A stretch of 64,000 nt of DNA from Paecilomyces variotii (lineage: Eukaryota), in the NCBI GenBank assembly GCA_004022145.1, contig RCNU01000005.1; one strand, 5' to 3'. Below are positions 60,507-64,000 of this stretch, piece after piece. Within the stretch, counting starts at the first letter, position 1; every line of letters starts with the position of its first letter. A model generated the notes under the pieces. The model did no database searches. It saw nothing but the letters and a program-made list of their open reading frames with translations, and was not told the origin of the DNA. The position numbers and the translations under genes are program-made.

Positions 60507-61650
60507 ATGACACGCACGATATACCGCCCAGTCGCCGCGGAGGAATCAGACCTGGCGGTCCTGAACCTCTCGAGACTGCTGGCGCGTCTGGAGCATAATT
60601 TGCTTTCGCCATCTGCAGACCTCAAGCCGCTGAGACAATCGGAATTTCATCGGGCGAGAGTTGGAGCAGTGAGTTGAACCCCGTTCTTTCAGCTTCCTTG
60701 AGTTGTGTTTATGTGTTGTCAGACAAGACTTTGAAAGCTAATACCTGTATCCCTAGAACCTCGAATATGCTCGCTCACTTCTCGTCCAAATCGAACGTTC
60801 CCTTCCCAAGATCAAGCCTGTCGACCGCCGGCACAGCATACAAACGGATATCACCCGGAAACGACAGACGCTGAAGCTGCTCAAGGACAGATTAGATGCG
60901 ATTAGTGCAGACGCAGAGATCCTCAGGTCAGAGGGTGACGAGGAGGATATCGACACTGGTATTTCATCCGAGGAGGGAGACGAGGACCTACTAGCTACCC
61001 CCGGTGAGAGTGCGGAGGAGGAGAACGAGGTTGAGAACGAGGTTCCCTTAGCGGAAGGGGTATCACGGCGGTACATCGAAGAGGAAGGGTTACGATCACC
61101 GACTGAGGATGAGCCTGTTCCCTCTACTACTACGACAACGGCTCCGCCGACGGCCACAGCAGCAGCAGCAGCAGCGGCGGCGGCGGCGGCAGCGACCACA
61201 GACACAGCCTTACGAAACCGTCACAATCGCCAACCTACCTTATCACTTACAGCTGACGCTGCCACTGCGACAGCAACCGGATCCGCCCTCCCCACCACCT
61301 CCTCCCCTTCCCTCTCCAAGACGCAAGCCACCGAGTCGGCTCTAGATGCGCACGCCCATGAACAAGAAAGCTTGACCGATTCCCTGCTATCCCTTGCGAC
61401 GCAACTCCGAGAATCCTCACAGTCCTTCCAGACGTCACTCGAGGCCGAAAAGTCCGTGCTGTCACGGGCTGTCGAGGGTCTGGACCGGAACATCACCGGC
61501 ATGGACGCCGCGGGTCGTCGCATGGGGCTCCTGCGACGGATGAGCGAGGGTAAAGGCTGGTGGGGACGCGTGCTAATGTACGTGTGGATATTCGGACTAT
61601 GGCTCGTGGCAGTGGGGATTGTATTCCTGGGACCGAAGTTACGATTCTGA
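60507..61650 (+). CDS. use1: ER Qc-SNARE Use1; intron 60669-60756
   Basis: LNLSRLLARLE..RARVGA|NLEYARSLL N-terminus; SNARE coil EQESLTDSLLSLATQLRESS..LEAEKSVL..RRMGLLRR; C-terminal TM WWGRVLMYVWIFGLWLVAVGIVFLGPKLRF. Confidence 0.88.
61159..61194 (+). repeat. (GCA)5(GCG)5GCAGCG trinucleotide tract encoding Ala12 in the Use1 linker
   Basis: Read directly, in frame with USE1 exon 2. Confidence 0.9.
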
Positions 61651-62648
61651 AAGTGTTGATCAGGCGATCTTGTTTGTGGTTGGTATTACTTCGTCCGTCT
61701 TGTATGTGCATGCATCTGAGAGGCGTTATCTTTTTTTTTTCTGTTTGATTTGATATATCAACCGCCTTCCTTTCATAGTCAGTTTTCAAGATACCTACCT
61801 ATGCGGCAAAGATTCTCTTTCTGGCAATACAATACGATCGAATATATTACCATAATATTATTCTTTCTCTTTACAATCCAAGCAACCAAAAGCCGGTCCT
61901 AGAAGGAATCGAATATACTCCACATTCCTGTAAGAAGAGTCTGACTAAACCGAATGACCGACATGGCATGGACACGTGAACAAGCAACAAAGGAAGCCCA
62001 TATAAGAGATTATTTCAAGGCATCCTCTCATTGTCTTTCCCACCATGTCCCTCTTAATAATGTCGCTCATTTGCTTCTGACTGAGAGTAGACCAAGGAGA
62101 AAAAGAAAATGAGTTTGACGTACGGTTACACACATGATTCTGACTGAGCGCGAGGGGGACGGGGATATCCAGCTTGTAAAATGAACAACACATGAAATCA
62201 CAGAGAAAAAAAAGTGATGCAAAGAGAGCTTTGAACAAGACAGAAAGTGAAAATAAAAAAAAAGATGATATGGAGAAGATAAAATAAACTGGGGCTACGG
62301 GGAAAAGGAGCACACACAGGAAATTTTAGACGTGAAACTCTGGCATCCACTGGCATCCCGGGAGCTCATGGTGCAACATAAATCCCTCCGCCATAGTCAT
62401 GTGATGACACCTGGACTGGTGTTGACAGTGCGACAAAAACCGACCAGATCTCATCTCGAGCGCAAATCACGGGAAGTAAATGTCTCAACGCCAGTAATTT
62501 TAAATGAAACAAGGAAATGACAAGTGAGGTATGGTATGAGAAACAGGGTAATAGGAGACGGCGACAGTGATATCAAATTACGAGGCCACATATGTGTGTG
62601 GTCTGATCTGCGACATATCCTCACCGAGCCAAGCTTCTTCGACGGTCA

Positions 62649-63932
62649 TTAGATCAGACCACAGAGTCTGAGATTTTCTTGGATGATGATATCTAGACAA
62701 ATGAGTCAGCACTATAGCTCACATAAAGGGCTCGAGAGCGAGGATATGTATACGTACCATTGACTGCAGCCATGACGAACCGGATCTGGGTCGTATCCGT
62801 GGCGCAGGTGAAGTGAGTATAGATCTGCTTCTGCTCTGCCTGGTTCAGAGAGACGAATCGGTTGAGGATGTAGTCGCAAGCGGCTGCGTAGTCGGCACCA
62901 CCCTCATAGTCTGGGAAGTAGTTCTTCATAGGGCTAATGGGGAGCTTCTCCTTGAAACGGTCGATCTTGTTCAGGAAGAGAATGATCGAGGTCTTGATGA
63001 ACCATCTGGAGTTGCAGATGGAGTCGAATAGGGTGAGCGCCTCCTGCATACGGTTGACCGTCTCATCTTCAAAGAGCAGTTGGTCGTACTCGGAAATGGC
63101 GACCAGGAACAGAATCGTGGTGACGTTCTCGAAGCAGTGGATCCACTTCTTACGTTCGGATCGCTGACCACCAACATCGAACATACGGTAGGTCAGGTCA
63201 CCAATGATGAAAGTAGTCTCGGTGATACCGGTGGTCTTGACACGGGAGCGGAGCACATCCTGGTCATCGGGCATGTAGTCAGGTTGAGCGATCCGGTCAA
63301 TGGAGTCGAAGTAACTACAGGATAGTGGTTAGTTATCAATCCTTCGCAGCGACTGCAGGCGCGCCCGGTTCTTTATCAGGAATCATACTATTTGGCCGAG
63401 TCATTCAGCTGGTACTCGCGAGACCGCTTGAAGCACTCCTGGACGCCAGCGTCCTGCCAGAGGGCTTTGATGGCCGCGCCAACCTCGGGTGGTAGGCTGT
63501 CACCTTCAATCTGAGCGGGCTGCATGAAGATGGTCTGGACGTGGTACTCTGCGCGCTGGTCCTCCAGAGGCAGCTCCAACGACTCCATCGCCTCCAGAAT
63601 TACCCGCATCGACTGGACCGTGTTGCTGAAGATGATCTCTTTGAACGATTCCCGCTCATCCCGTGAGTAACCGCCCTCATGGATTAGCTTCATCTGCTTC
63701 AAGATGGTCGATTTACCCGACTCTCCCGCACCTAGAAATCCTCGTCAGAGACCATTCGACTCTTCTTCTCCCGCTATGTTTTCCCTCTCCGCTTGCGTCG
63801 ACAGGGGCACGTACCGAGCAGCAGCATCTTGATCTCGTTCCTCTGCATCATCTTATCCCGCTTCAGCTGGTTTTCGATCTCCTCATTGCGGGCCTTGCCC
63901 TCCTTATCCTCTGTGCTCATTCCACAACCCAT
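62649..63932 (-). CDS. fadA: Heterotrimeric G-protein alpha subunit, group I (FadA/GpaA); introns 63732-63814, 63315-63388, 62693-62757
   Basis: [68 protein letters not shown]-terminal NLRLCGLI. Confidence 0.98.
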
Positions 63933-64000
63933 CTTGACAGATTCGTTTCAGGTCGTCTCGAACACTCGTAGAAAGATTAGTCTCGCTGGTGGAGAGTTTA

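Noticed and set aside
1-64000. tRNA, rRNA, CRISPR arrays, autonomous transposons, Starship captain
   Set aside because: None seen: no cloverleaf with A/B boxes, no repeat-spacer array, and no transposase, reverse transcriptase or tyrosine recombinase ORF.

Overview
Eukaryotic genomic DNA from a filamentous ascomycete, probably Eurotiales (Aspergillus/Penicillium/Paecilomyces-like). Basis: short GT-AG introns with CTAAC/CTGAC branch sites, an intronless trifunctional trpC and a FadA-type G-alpha. Left part (1-16.3 kb, accessory-looking): 3' end of an adenylate/UMP-CMP kinase-like gene, a CYTH/thiamine-triphosphatase-like gene, a ~2,000-aa NACHT-ankyrin (NLR-like) gene, then four consecutive enzymes acting on 2-hydroxy acids (alpha-acetolactate decarboxylase, mitochondrial D-lactate dehydrogenase, lactate 2-monooxygenase-like, peroxisomal 2-hydroxy-acid oxidase). 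A 289-bp MITE-like element (24-bp TIRs, 8-bp TSD) sits in the divergent promoter of the middle two. Centre: phospholipase C, an ~11-kb stretch with no recognisable gene but rich in TAACTA motifs and palindromes, an AhpC/TSA-like gene, a Zn2Cys6 transcription factor and a PY-motif protein. Right part: housekeeping block UPF1, IMP4, BRCT-WGR protein, trpC, NUP188, USE1, fadA. Between NUP188 and USE1 is an ~1.4-kb non-coding stretch with dense, strand-specific (G-U on + strand) predicted base pairing upstream of a small ORF; it is the best candidate for an undescribed structured RNA. All gene models, splice sites and pairings were read by eye; no database search or folding program was run.
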